Both the position numbers and the translations under genes were made by a program. The notes below the pieces were generated by a model. The model saw only the letters and a program-made list of their open reading frames with translations, did no database searches and had not been told where the DNA came from. A stretch of 56,878 bases of DNA from Candidatus Omnitrophota bacterium. Its GTDB lineage: Bacteria > Omnitrophota > Omnitrophia > Omnitrophales > Aquincolibacteriaceae. Positions within the stretch are counted from its first letter, which is position 1, and each line of letters opens with the position of its first letter. The DNA is taken from the NCBI GenBank assembly GCA_049324575.1, contig JBMONI010000020.1, positions 1 through 56,878 on the forward strand, written 5' to 3'. Shown one piece after another: positions 37,701 to 44,321 of the stretch.

Positions 37701-38224
37701 TGACGAACAGTTTCTCGGAGGCTTTGGCCAAGGTCGCGCCTTATATCCAGCTTGCGCTGGTCAACCGCGGCATGCTTAAGCAAATGGGCCGGGTGAGGGG
37801 GATGAATGTCCAGGGAGTTCCGGATTTTGAGAACATCAGAAAACCTGCCATGGCCGATAATGAGACGATCCCCGTGGTGAATGGCGAGGCGAGTCCGGAT
37901 TATCTCGGGACCAATCCGATCGTGATCGGGATCACGACCGAGGCAGGGGAGATGACGCGGGAGGATCCTTATCTTCTGGTCGTTGAAAATGTCATTAAAC
38001 TGCTTGCGGCAGTCTCGCTTGCTCGACGCGTGAAGAATACCAAGATCAAGGACGATCCTAGGGTTCAGAGCGCGATGGAGGCCGAACTGATTAAAGATCT
38101 TTTTGAGACCGGGGTCGAGACGGTCATTTCCTTCAAGAATGGTGTCCTGTCAGTGAACCGGCCGGCACTCTACGACTTCATCAAGGATTTCGCGACCCGC
38201 AAGGCGGTCGAGAAAGCCGCGTAA
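28724..38224 (+). CDS. Giant (3166 aa) modular exported protein: TraB/Tiki/ChaN-like N-terminal domain, modules delimited by RAExR motifs, Macro-like domain
   Basis: Uninterrupted 9.5-kb ORF with SD; Sec signal MKRAVALFALVTFVV...PAFG; QDAH / VAVEG / RD / GGFH motifs; ten in-frame R-A-E-x-R motifs. Confidence 0.9.
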   Translation: MKRAVALFALVTFVVTNHCVSPAFGAGVWTDAAKPAIRDAIPSEALRTLRIPDHLGTVEEHFEGTKGKTVLVIQDAHSIPDAQLAIHRLIDHFRRQYGVRLVAVEGASAKLDAVIFRAFPDKKLLKDVFKSYHEKGELAGAAAAAVFGDPGADYVGVEQWGLYEEGVSLYLAAMEKQPAILETLRAEQEALDRKKQEIYSAELLEVDRALEAFEEEHADILGTLKTLAKYRAPEAGSEIAALLRETGHPVSDLDQANIEVRELGAIVSKHLRALPPDALSKEKLRAFHEKEQAFMTSAITPHAFGLFLKEVAEAEGLKVETSEALASLMDGQQKLRDIKGTRFFERFNDYAASVKEKLFASDDERDLDAQTDELGLWRRFAMLELSSKDWERIKEELRIKNEELKMQDREKTNPLLRSSLLIINFKLFAAHMAFYMNAEARDGEFMKNLSREIGGRQAKSAVFVAGGFHAEAMTRRFREAGISYVLIMPKIGLLPENPAYRDHMRGLVSWRDYFEVENSRIDLYKAFVRATRDKLLGREGRMAKDEGRGASLVSRSSSSGLSDPRLLKDWRDGIIREMAGQGAIERSGEYTKFLDEVAGPQPKDPELEKRLARVDAFVEGLKRLESENAITPDNVLKLFQPATVQDPCAVVPFAPGNSVPGGWVVRPSGLAVPLEYAEPTAVSPQLPDQPGAVAPVSGPRAETRMTPYKYNVTAAIRRVNASQQKAASKDRSYIFSRFLTPVFGAVIALLLIDALTGGGIVNVVVALWKSLHLFEAPIFQPAAAAGIFGLFGIPVGSRAEIRSPFLDFIGRQSFWTLLTVGLVSTPTMFAVIQMSLASGAVVAFLSGLLGGGVFASAILYLMYLANLYRGNLSEFAGGLIRNASFLRPVVQMAEERFAERLHDDVAAHFTESYLIEPERMQDFIRGWTQASFLRGFFLSEQSPMISNISVDAQSPEGQPSTLRMNFRSGREILLKWTVDGERAKVETVIQPRGPISRAEMRNGAAKALALAGTAGILYVALMIAPDLRGVPLAPDLTVPAITEHINSIIGLLGNMFQGLFLWARENPGQAFGGVVVFGALRQIIRSSSRAESRMVPAEAEIQPEGLTRPVILGLVTLTTVVVFGAVWAGFAVLTGLFGASVAQAVMLPLLAIIVVGAGFMYARPQVFTGLKGFVQDLRTEQPDDTEAIARLTELQETATEILRSQETLAGKTASAREKRNARDNLDFLIRGLPVFIAEARLVSEFVDDASLSVDLEQLADSFGQFIGNADLRKEQIIILPKDLKEALAEISEKLRNSIEALTRLPGGEQDQVAAEPRDIPMWAVFMAVLGIHILVIGSALLYQYLRSPSGAQALADVSAVTALAGAMLASYSPFAIPLGFLAGIVYLIMGTRDRRAGITADGQEGPSPTAGRAENRMVENQGGGAPSIDILALRLLARFSPEELKTLAAVSKMNPEALAIIAASPIFRQTLEALAALNPLGKQEVEILGPGRLDLTSGGRAEIRMAMARRQFLKAAASFAIASFMGGCSRFFIQSERPDYPFHRYAGPLDLDAMARVPQLAGALSRDEIKRLGTEPFPDRHKDREGLGKVSSLDEAEFARKISAIAAILDEKNRNEFSREERFKAARLLWRIFEEDDKAMGTDGEYLGGRPLQALQAVVIALTKMSPEDLELKVVDYPVRLHALYDRVMNFLARKADRGRPRSIDDPKIEPRYHGMVGQAHLADVLAAAIVYTHPAFERLRYSILNGAHSMREAAEAKLRAYSGASRNPKVILNEGFMPWKTTDDADAIAAQALGEEPQRAGVVSDMSALDETDQAIAEYFKYQRKNKKLLLSNEPAVIEKYFNAAGIPIRDPGAVTERLRQLYNQALKEVSNNGLQRFSSLELLNKMESLLLTPRAELRKREGTPATARQPRRARGQKAAAPKRAERKKRTSVAPITGYPQITFWGEIEGPGVGVPAAVPWKNEKFPEPTPGREPSLPREGPNFTAAVTLEVAGEPVIVSSGTEMEELIREEEFVRTPEQAKIQVTALITSIKERFPALEQTKLDALQEALEKRLKTYIQEGDETSILKAGALLAAVRILFERYEVVLPAEAVTSPKMQLISQGRIEEAPLSDSSRWFENAGGWQISVDSEDALIAAPARPAEPEAPASEEPAEAMSSIEVFNENGEFMGMAPQEVIDAVLAEDSRAGQMFSQGGFITIIQDRGTWENKAQVFGSRGVVFIIQMNVSYAAYDVDGQARTQLTDAERSLVSDGLTAAFGQQEEIPPLGFVELRRGSVPPEERPDSLFVFDVVSEDEQPVFTGIGYKTKLEDVTPDGTVRPAVPPPSAAPSAATRSTQVDFKLGSIKEFSLLTGTDTVAVHMDTAGTPGGAIIDIQGLIRDDLNPQRDIDRGIQINNVVKLGDWKEDEEGRLAGIRIGEASLTDLGEFAQSNGFDQPIRSWERVIRVVSHEAPTEEGGQVIERANIEAATRAVVELAAKNGAKKIVMPLFGTGSREASARDVASWMRAAVEAYIQETGSPIEITIVTNDEEIFGQIKDMASSRAETRADIGEMIEQVNRILDSIPMPSPRMEDLSGVRNVFAPQNTRVGWLEMGAMLRAFEKHLANRAGDRTPLTNDELEIIRFVLEKLRLSENKGRLEALRQMTPVVAKKLENIDLDQLENQVNARLGLTTAAIPVANGALAGAYGNLFKTAYVMFETLYASNVAGEVLTALQGDLDPYALIEAMSALAIVLAADQIEQKTPDMVLDMLQGALTAVEERLSSFRAESRMVPAEFARAIASRSQIGGPVRGAEREGFALAQLNVARNAILEALKRVPGDFEAEVSLGNEPAAWITSSELSTRIQNNPTGTENERNQLRRLIDAANELLNLHAKQPAARPRAEQRQAEMPKVVVDLAGETAQVILTGSDPARVAGRIPEILRMQGLSAQVFGTMVRNQAAVAIQRLETVGVVSPYLVTPEVARAVVDFVIENFVARMNLISEEEGNFVIGLDTEVTNSFSEALAKVAPYIQLALVNRGMLKQMGRVRGMNVQGVPDFENIRKPAMADNETIPVVNGEASPDYLGTNPIVIGITTEAGEMTREDPYLLVVENVIKLLAAVSLARRVKNTKIKDDPRVQSAMEAELIKDLFETGVETVISFKNGVLSVNRPALYDFIKDFATRKAVEKAA
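29909..30003. repeat. Heptad-periodic hairpin element embedded in-frame in the giant gene
   Basis: GAATTAAGAATTAAAAATGAAGAATTGAAAATG...TTCTTCACTCTTAATTATTAATTTT; AT-rich island in GC-rich CDS, similar to 28321-28428. Confidence 0.8.
30338..30399. repeat. Second heptad-periodic hairpin in-frame in the giant gene (GAAGGAC / GTCCCTC type)
   Basis: GAAGGAC GCATGGC GAAGGAC GAAGGGC - spacer - GTCCCTC GTCTCTC GGTCCTC TTCTTC. Confidence 0.65.
30821..37372 (+). repeat. Ten dispersed in-frame R-A-E-x-R motifs (CGC GCG/GCC GAR NNN MGR)
   Basis: Motif starts at 30821, 31115, 31712, 31988, 32957, 33221, 34409, 36347, 37013, 37358; 31987-32017 and 37012-37042 are identical over 31 bp. Confidence 0.92.
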
Positions 38225-38230
38225 AAAAGC

Positions 38231-38262
38231 AGCTGATAGCTTTTAGCTGGCTAGCTTTTAGG
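38231..38262. repeat. Heptad-periodic AGCT-core tract directly after the giant gene stop
   Basis: AGCTGAT AGCTTTT AGCTGGC T AGCTTTT AGG. Confidence 0.5.
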
Positions 38263-38393
38263 AAAACCAATACCATACCCGGAGGTGCGCCTCATTTCCC
38301 GATGTTGCATGCCTCCGGTGGGGCATGAAAGCGCAAAAACGGTTTTGGATCAGAAGCATCCCTTATTGCGCAGAGCTTTCCAGAGCCCATCTT

Positions 38394-38485
38394 TGTCATC
38401 CCGAGCGAACAACCCAAACGAAGTAGTCGAGGGATCTGGATCCTTCGACTCGTCCCGCCGTCGGCGGGACTCGCTCAGGATGACA
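38394..38485. repeat. 92-bp palindromic REP/MITE-like element, copy 2
   Basis: TGTCATCCCGAGCGA...GAGGGATC/GATCCTTC...GTCCCGCCG...CTCGCTCAGGATGACA. Confidence 0.8.
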
Positions 38486-38542
38486 GGAAAAATTTCTCCT
38501 TATCGCTTACCGCTTTCTTCTTGTGTTATAATTCCTTCCTTT

Positions 38543-39697
38543 ATGAAATTCACAACCGAACAACTTCAGCGCTACAGCCGTCACTTCATCCTTCCCGAGA
38601 TCGGCGAAGAGGGGCAGAAAAAACTTCTCCATGCCCGAGTCCTCATCGTGGGGACCGGCGGGCTCGGTTCGCCGGTCGCGCTTTACCTCGCGGCGGCTGG
38701 GGTCGGCACGTTGGGGCTTGTCGATTTCGACACGGTCGATCTTTCGAACCTCCAGCGTCAGATCCTCCACACGAACGATTCCATCGGGACGCCGAAACTC
38801 GATTCGGCCGAAAAGCGGATCAAGGCGATGAACCCCGATACGAAGATCGTCAAACATCCGGTCCGGATCTCTTCCGCCAATGCGCTCGGGATCATCGAAA
38901 ATTACGATATCGTCGTGGACGGGACCGACAATTTCCCGACGCGGTATCTGATCAACGACGCATGCGTGCTTCTGAAAAAACCGAATGTCTACGGCTCCAT
39001 TTTCCGTTTTGACGGGCTTGCCACCGTCTTTTGCACCGAAGCGGGCCCCTGCTACCGTTGCCTTTATCCCGATCCTCCGCCGCCGGGGATGGTCCCGAGC
39101 TGTGCGGAAGGGGGAGTGCTCGGCATTCTTCCGGGCGTGATCGGCGTGATCCAGGCCACCGAGACCGTAAAGCTGATCCTCGGGATCGGTCGGACACTGG
39201 TGGGACGCCTGCTCGTTTATGACGCGCTTCAGATGACTTTCCGCGAACTCAAGATCCGGCGCGATCCGGCCTGGCCGGTCGGGGCGGCGCATCCGACGAT
39301 CCAAGGACTGATCGATTATGAACAGTTCTGCGGGCTCGGGCGCGGGAGCGAGGCTTCCCGGGGGGATGAAGCGATCCCGGAGATCTCGCCCGACGCTTTG
39401 AAAGAGAAGATCGACCGTGGCGACGATCTTTTGCTTTTGGATGTCCGCGAGAATTTCGAGGTCGAGATCGGTTCGATCCAGGGCTCTCTGTTCATTCCTT
39501 TGGACCAGCTTCCGGCCCGTCTCGGGGAGCTTGACGCGTATAAAGACAAAGAGATCGTGGCTTATTGCCATCACGGCAATCGCAGTATGAAAGCGCTCCG
39601 GATCCTCCGAAAGGAAGGTTTCCGCGATCTCAAGAACCTCGAGGACGGGATCGACGGCTGGTCGCTTTTCGTCGATTCTTCCGTGCCGCGATATTAA
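38543..39697 (+). CDS. moeB: MoeB/ThiF-family adenylyltransferase fused to a rhodanese domain (MoeZ-like)
   Basis: RYSRHFIL, GTGGLGSP, SNLQRQILH, GPCYRCLYP, SCAEGGVLG, LLDVRE, YCHHGNRS. Start ATG 38543. Confidence 0.92.
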   Translation: MKFTTEQLQRYSRHFILPEIGEEGQKKLLHARVLIVGTGGLGSPVALYLAAAGVGTLGLVDFDTVDLSNLQRQILHTNDSIGTPKLDSAEKRIKAMNPDTKIVKHPVRISSANALGIIENYDIVVDGTDNFPTRYLINDACVLLKKPNVYGSIFRFDGLATVFCTEAGPCYRCLYPDPPPPGMVPSCAEGGVLGILPGVIGVIQATETVKLILGIGRTLVGRLLVYDALQMTFRELKIRRDPAWPVGAAHPTIQGLIDYEQFCGLGRGSEASRGDEAIPEISPDALKEKIDRGDDLLLLDVRENFEVEIGSIQGSLFIPLDQLPARLGELDAYKDKEIVAYCHHGNRSMKALRILRKEGFRDLKNLEDGIDGWSLFVDSSVPRY

Positions 39698-39703
39698 GAG
39701 CAG

Positions 39704-39853
39704 GCCATTAGGCAATTAGCGATTAGGTTATTAGAAACAGGCTATGAGTTTTCTCTCCCCCAATGATCGTCTTAAGGGGCATGTTTTTTTTCATAGTTTC
39801 CTAATAGCGAATGGCCTAATGATCTTCCTAATAGTTGATCGCTAATGGCTAAT
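39704..39853. repeat. Heptad-periodic inverted-repeat element (ATTAG / CTAAT type)
   Basis: Left GCCATTAGGCAATTAGCGATTAGGTTATTAG; right CTAATAGCGAATGGCCTAATGATCTTCCTAATAGTTGATCGCTAATGGCTAAT. Confidence 0.75.
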
Positions 39854-39931
39854 CCCTGTTTTGCTTGTTGACCTTTCCCGGTGCTTCCGCTATTTTCCTT
39901 CCGGGGACTTTCCCGAGGGGATGAGACGCGC

Positions 39932-41113
39932 ATGAAAAAAATACTCTTGCAGACGCTGATCGTGCTTGCGGCTTCGTTGGCGATCCTTTTCGCCGTTTCG
40001 GGGTGGGTGGTCGGCGCGGTGTTTGAGCAGCCGCTCGAGCGGAGCCTCTCGCGTCTTTTCAATGTCCCGGTCGAGATCGAGAACCTCTATATTCACCTTT
40101 GGCCGGGGGCAGCGACCGCGGATCGTATTACCTTCTATATGCAGCCGGAATTCCAGCCGGGGCCCCATTTTGATATGCGCGATGTGCGTGTGCGTTTCGA
40201 CAGCGGCGCGATCTTGGACAAGCGCGTCGAGATCAGCTATCTCAAGCTCAACCGGCCCTTTTTTTTGATCGACCGGCGGACCTTTCCCGAGGGCGCACGC
40301 AATAACGTGATCACCTGGTACCGTCACGCGCAGATCTATACCCGCCGCCGGGATCCCGGGACGAAGTGGCCGGTCCATATCGCGCGCTTCGAGATCGAGA
40401 ACGGCACTTTTATTTTCCAGGACCGCACCGACGGCCATGAACCGCGTATTTTCAAATTCCAGGAGCTTCGGGCGGAGCTGGAGAATCTGGTCTGGCCAGT
40501 CGAGGACCCGTCGGAACTGATCCAGACGATCTGGGCGCGGGGGACCTTCGGGGAGCGGGATCCGGCGCCGCTGTGGGCCGGGGGACTTGCGAATTTCGCG
40601 ACGAGCCGGACGAGTTTCGATCTTGTCGGCGTTCTCCCGGACGGGGTCGTCCATCCGGAAAATCCTTTTTGGAACGAATTGCCGGTGAAATTCAAGGGCG
40701 GGCGGTATACGCTTCGCGCCCATGTCATCAGCCGCCTCAAGAAGCTTGAAGCCGATACCGAATTCAAATTCAGGGAATTGCAGATCCAGCCGCGGGGAAA
40801 AGGGACCGAGGCTTTATGGGGGACGACGATCAAGGCCGTTCTGAAGACCATGGAGCAGGAAAAGGAAATGGAACTTCGGATCCCGGTGCGGGGGACGCTG
40901 GCACAGCCCGAGTTCGAGTTCATGCGGGCGTTCAGCGAATCGTTCCAAAAAGCGATGGGAGAAAAAATGAAAGCGGGGGTCCAGCAGATCGGGGCTTCCG
41001 CATCGAAACTTGCCGGCGCGACCCAGGAACTGATCGTGACGGCGCCGTTGAAAGCCGTGGGGGGCGTGGTGCCGTTGCCCGAGAAGAACCATTCTCAGAA
41101 GGAGAGAGCATGA
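39932..41113 (+). CDS. AsmA-like / DUF748-type envelope protein
   Basis: N-terminal TM anchor, beta-rich 'VEIENLYI...VEISYLKLNRP...IARFEIENG.FIFQD', C-terminal 'LRIPVRGTLAQPEF'. Confidence 0.6.
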   Translation: MKKILLQTLIVLAASLAILFAVSGWVVGAVFEQPLERSLSRLFNVPVEIENLYIHLWPGAATADRITFYMQPEFQPGPHFDMRDVRVRFDSGAILDKRVEISYLKLNRPFFLIDRRTFPEGARNNVITWYRHAQIYTRRRDPGTKWPVHIARFEIENGTFIFQDRTDGHEPRIFKFQELRAELENLVWPVEDPSELIQTIWARGTFGERDPAPLWAGGLANFATSRTSFDLVGVLPDGVVHPENPFWNELPVKFKGGRYTLRAHVISRLKKLEADTEFKFRELQIQPRGKGTEALWGTTIKAVLKTMEQEKEMELRIPVRGTLAQPEFEFMRAFSESFQKAMGEKMKAGVQQIGASASKLAGATQELIVTAPLKAVGGVVPLPEKNHSQKERA

Positions 41114-41499
41114 AAAAATTAGCGTGGGTCTTGGGACTTGGAGCGGTGTGGGTGGCCGGGTGCGCTTCGTCGGAGAAGCCGGCTTTTATGAGCGCGGTCG
41201 AGACGACGCAGGGCGGGGTTTCCGAGGTCAAGCTGAAGGCCGATTACAATACGATCTGGCTTGCGGTGGAAAAGGCGGTCCGTGAGCGGGGCGAGATCGA
41301 TGCCAACAATCTTTTCCTGGGGAAAATGTTCGGCCGCATCGGGAATGCCGATCTCCTGATCCGTTTAACGCAGCTACAAAGCGACTATGCCGCGCTCCGG
41401 GTGAGGGCCGTGGACCGGATCACCGGAGCGGGCGATACGGCGATGGCCGCGGAGGTCACGGAAGCCGTGACGCGCGAGATCCGGCAGAAGGCGCCATGA
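41110..41499 (+). CDS. Lipoprotein (DUF3568-like)
   Basis: MKKLAWVLGLGAVWVAG|C lipobox; start at ATG 41110. Confidence 0.65.
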   Translation: MKKLAWVLGLGAVWVAGCASSEKPAFMSAVETTQGGVSEVKLKADYNTIWLAVEKAVRERGEIDANNLFLGKMFGRIGNADLLIRLTQLQSDYAALRVRAVDRITGAGDTAMAAEVTEAVTREIRQKAP

Positions 41500-42380
41500 C
41501 CGCGACCCGCGCGGGATTTGTCGCGATCGTCGGCGAGCCGAACGTCGGCAAGTCGACGCTTCTTAACGCCATGCTGGGCGAAAAACTGGCGCCGGTCTCC
41601 CGGCGGCCGCAGACGACGCGGGGCGTTGTGCGCGGGATCCTCACAGGGAAAACCTCCCAGATCGTTTTTCTCGATACGCCGGGGCATCACCGGCCTTATG
41701 ACCGGCTCGGCGAATGGATGCAGCAGGAGATCGAAAAGGCGCTCGAGTCGGCGGACCTCGTTTACTGGATGGTCTTTCCGCGCCTGCCGTCGGAGGCGGA
41801 CCGCAAGATCGCGGGACTTTTGGGCCGTTCGGAGAAGCCCGTTTTTCTGGTCGTGAACCAGATCGACCGCGTTTCCAAACCGGAGCTCTTGCCGGTGCTC
41901 GAGGCTTTCGCGAAACTGGGGTCTTTCCGCGAAATGATCCCGGTCTCGGCCGAACGGCGCGAGCAGATCCCGCTGCTCCTCCGCAAAACGGAGGAATGCC
42001 TTCCGGCCGGCGAGTTCCTTTATCCCCCGGACGATATCTCCGACCAGCAACAGCGTTTTTTTGTCCAGGAGCTGATCCGCGAGAAGATCTTCCGCTTTAC
42101 CGGGCAGGAAGTGCCGCATGCCTCGGGCGTTCTGCTTGAGCATTTCAAGGACCGGAGCGAGCGGCTCGTCGATATCCGGGCGACGATCGTGGTCGAAAAG
42201 GATTCGCAGAAGGCGATCCTGATCGGCAAGGGCGGGGAAAAAATGAAGCAGATCGGCCGCGAGGCGCGGCAGTCGATCGAAAAATTCCTCGGCAAGAAGG
42301 TCTTTCTCGAGCTGTGGGTCAAGGCGGTCCCGGGATGGCGCAAAGATCCCAAGATGCTGAAGGCCATGGGCTGCGAGTGA
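41496..42380 (+). CDS. era: GTPase Era
   Basis: GEPNVGKST, PQTTR, DTPG, KH domain (ELIREKIF, EVPH, SQKAILIGKGG, LELWVK). Confidence 0.95.
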   Translation: MTATRAGFVAIVGEPNVGKSTLLNAMLGEKLAPVSRRPQTTRGVVRGILTGKTSQIVFLDTPGHHRPYDRLGEWMQQEIEKALESADLVYWMVFPRLPSEADRKIAGLLGRSEKPVFLVVNQIDRVSKPELLPVLEAFAKLGSFREMIPVSAERREQIPLLLRKTEECLPAGEFLYPPDDISDQQQRFFVQELIREKIFRFTGQEVPHASGVLLEHFKDRSERLVDIRATIVVEKDSQKAILIGKGGEKMKQIGREARQSIEKFLGKKVFLELWVKAVPGWRKDPKMLKAMGCE

Positions 42381-42406
42381 TGCGGCCCCGAACGGACGCG
42401 ATCAAT

Positions 42407-42546
42407 AAATTCGAAATCCTAAATTCGAAATCCTAAGCAATGCGGGAACGGATCTGAAAGGCGAAACTATAAATTCGGGATTGTCCCGGGTTTCGCATTT
42501 CGAATTTCGAACTTGTTTAGGATTTCATATTTCTGATTTAGGATTT
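42407..42546. repeat. Heptad-periodic inverted-repeat element (AAATTCG AAATCCT type)
   Basis: Exact tandem AAATTCGAAATCCT x2 (42407-42434); right arm TTTCGCATTTCGAATTTCGAAC...TTTAGGATTTC...TTTAGGATTT. Confidence 0.8.
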
Positions 42547-42560
42547 ATTTAGAGGGTGGA

Positions 42561-43586
42561 ATGAAGATCCTTGTCTTTGGCGCGGGAGCGATCGGGCTGG
42601 CCTTTGGCGGATTTCTTTCGCGTGAACATGAAGTCGCGCTGGTGGGGCGCCGTTCCTATCTGGACCTGATCCGCAAAGGCGGTCTGCGGGTCACGGGGAT
42701 CTGGGGGCGGCATACGTTCCGCTCTTTCGCTCTTTTTGAGGATGCGGAGGCGGTCCGTAAGGCCGGCCTCAAATTCGATCTTATTCTCGTCACGGTCAAA
42801 TCCTACGATACCCAAGCCGCAGCGCTTGCCTTGAAGAAGAACCTTTCGCCGGAGACGATCGTTCTTTCCCTTCAGAACGGGCTTGGAAATATCGAAACGC
42901 TTGAAAAATATTTACCCCGGCCGCGGATCCTTGCCGGCCGCGTTATTTTCGGGGTCGAGTTGAAGCCCGTCCGGCATGGAGCCAAGGCGGCCGAGATCAA
43001 AGTGACCGTATGCGCTCAGCCGACGGCGGTGGGGGAGGTTCGGGGGAAGAAGATCACGCCGCGGGTGCGGCGGATCGTGCGCGCGATGGCCCGGGCCGGC
43101 ATTCCCGCCGTAACCACGCACGATGTGAGAAGACTTCTTTGGGCGAAGGTCGTCTATAACTCGGCCCTCAATCCACTCGCTTCGCTTATGGATTGTCACT
43201 ATGGAGCGCTGGGGGAGGATCCTTCGACGCGTCTTGCGATGGACCGGGTGATTACGGAAGTGTATGCGGTGGCCACACGCGCGGGTCTGACTCTAAAACC
43301 GTCTCGGGTGGAGGCTTACCGCCGTTTTTTTTACGGGAAGCTCCTGCCGAAGACCTATTATCACCACCCTTCGATGCTTCAGGACCTGAAGCGGGGCAAG
43401 CGTACGGAGATCGAGTCGCTGAACGGGGAAGTGGCGAGGATCGGAAAACGCTACGGGGTTCCCACTCCGGTGAACGAATGGCTGGCGGAACTCATCCGCA
43501 AAAAAGAAAAAGTCTTTTCCGCCCCCAAAGGCACCTTATCAAACCCCCGGTGTTTGATAAAAGGGGCTTGGGGTGGATCGTTTTGA
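42561..43586 (+). CDS. panE: 2-dehydropantoate 2-reductase
   Basis: GAGAIG, VKSYDT, LQNGLGN, WAKVVYN...NPL, SMLQDL..GKRTEIESLNG. Confidence 0.92.
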   Translation: MKILVFGAGAIGLAFGGFLSREHEVALVGRRSYLDLIRKGGLRVTGIWGRHTFRSFALFEDAEAVRKAGLKFDLILVTVKSYDTQAAALALKKNLSPETIVLSLQNGLGNIETLEKYLPRPRILAGRVIFGVELKPVRHGAKAAEIKVTVCAQPTAVGEVRGKKITPRVRRIVRAMARAGIPAVTTHDVRRLLWAKVVYNSALNPLASLMDCHYGALGEDPSTRLAMDRVITEVYAVATRAGLTLKPSRVEAYRRFFYGKLLPKTYYHHPSMLQDLKRGKRTEIESLNGEVARIGKRYGVPTPVNEWLAELIRKKEKVFSAPKGTLSNPRCLIKGAWGGSF

Positions 43587-43691
43587 CACAGGATGTTTGC
43601 CTTGACTCTTTTAAGATGCTGTTGTCCACAGAGGGCCATTGCTTCGGGATGTAATCCGAGACATTTTTGATATAATGCCTCCCTTTAAAGG

Positions 43692-44321
43692 ATGCGGGTG
43701 ATGAAAAAAGGTCTTCCGGATATTCAGGCGGTCATTTTCGATCTCGGGAACGTCCTGGTCCGCTATGATGCCAGGATCGCCGCGAGGCGCCTGGCGCGCG
43801 AGGCGGGGATTCCCGTACTCCGGGTCTGGCATTATTTCTGGACCTCGCCGGTCGAGAAGGCGTATACGCGCGGGGAGATCACGACCCGGCAGTTCTTCAT
43901 CGCGATCCGCCGCGATCTGAGCTTGGACATCTCCTACCGGCGTTTTTGCGAGATCTGGAACGATATTTTCTGGCCCAATCCCGGCATCGAAGGCGTCCTC
44001 AAGCGCCTGGCCACGCGTTATCCGCTTTTCCTGATCTCGAACACGAACGCGCTCCATTTCAGTTACATTCGCCGAAAATTTAGCGTGCTCAACTACTTTC
44101 GGAAGACCTTTCCATCCCACGAAGTAGGCCATCGCAAACCGGACCGGGCCATCTATGAAAAGGTGCTGCGCCGGATCCGGTACAAACCGGAGCGCACGGT
44201 TTTTATCGACGATGTCCCGGATTTTGTGCGGGGCGCGCGACGGGCGGGCATGCACGCGATCCGCTATCGCCACAACCTTCAGCTGATCCGGGACCTTCGC
44301 AGGATGGGAGTGAAACTATGA
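43692..44321 (+). CDS. HAD-superfamily phosphatase (YihX-like)
   Basis: IFDLGNVL, LISNTN, RKP, VFIDD. Confidence 0.88.
   Translation: MRVMKKGLPDIQAVIFDLGNVLVRYDARIAARRLAREAGIPVLRVWHYFWTSPVEKAYTRGEITTRQFFIAIRRDLSLDISYRRFCEIWNDIFWPNPGIEGVLKRLATRYPLFLISNTNALHFSYIRRKFSVLNYFRKTFPSHEVGHRKPDRAIYEKVLRRIRYKPERTVFIDDVPDFVRGARRAGMHAIRYRHNLQLIRDLRRMGVKL

Noticed and set aside
38543-39697. MoeB-rhodanese as a maturation enzyme for the giant protein
   Set aside because: It is separated by repeat elements and its own promoter-like TATAAT, the giant protein has no C-terminal Gly-Gly, and it looks like an ordinary sulfur-carrier activator.
43622-43630. DnaA-box-like TTGTCCACA
   Set aside because: Single mismatched copy with no cluster or origin context.
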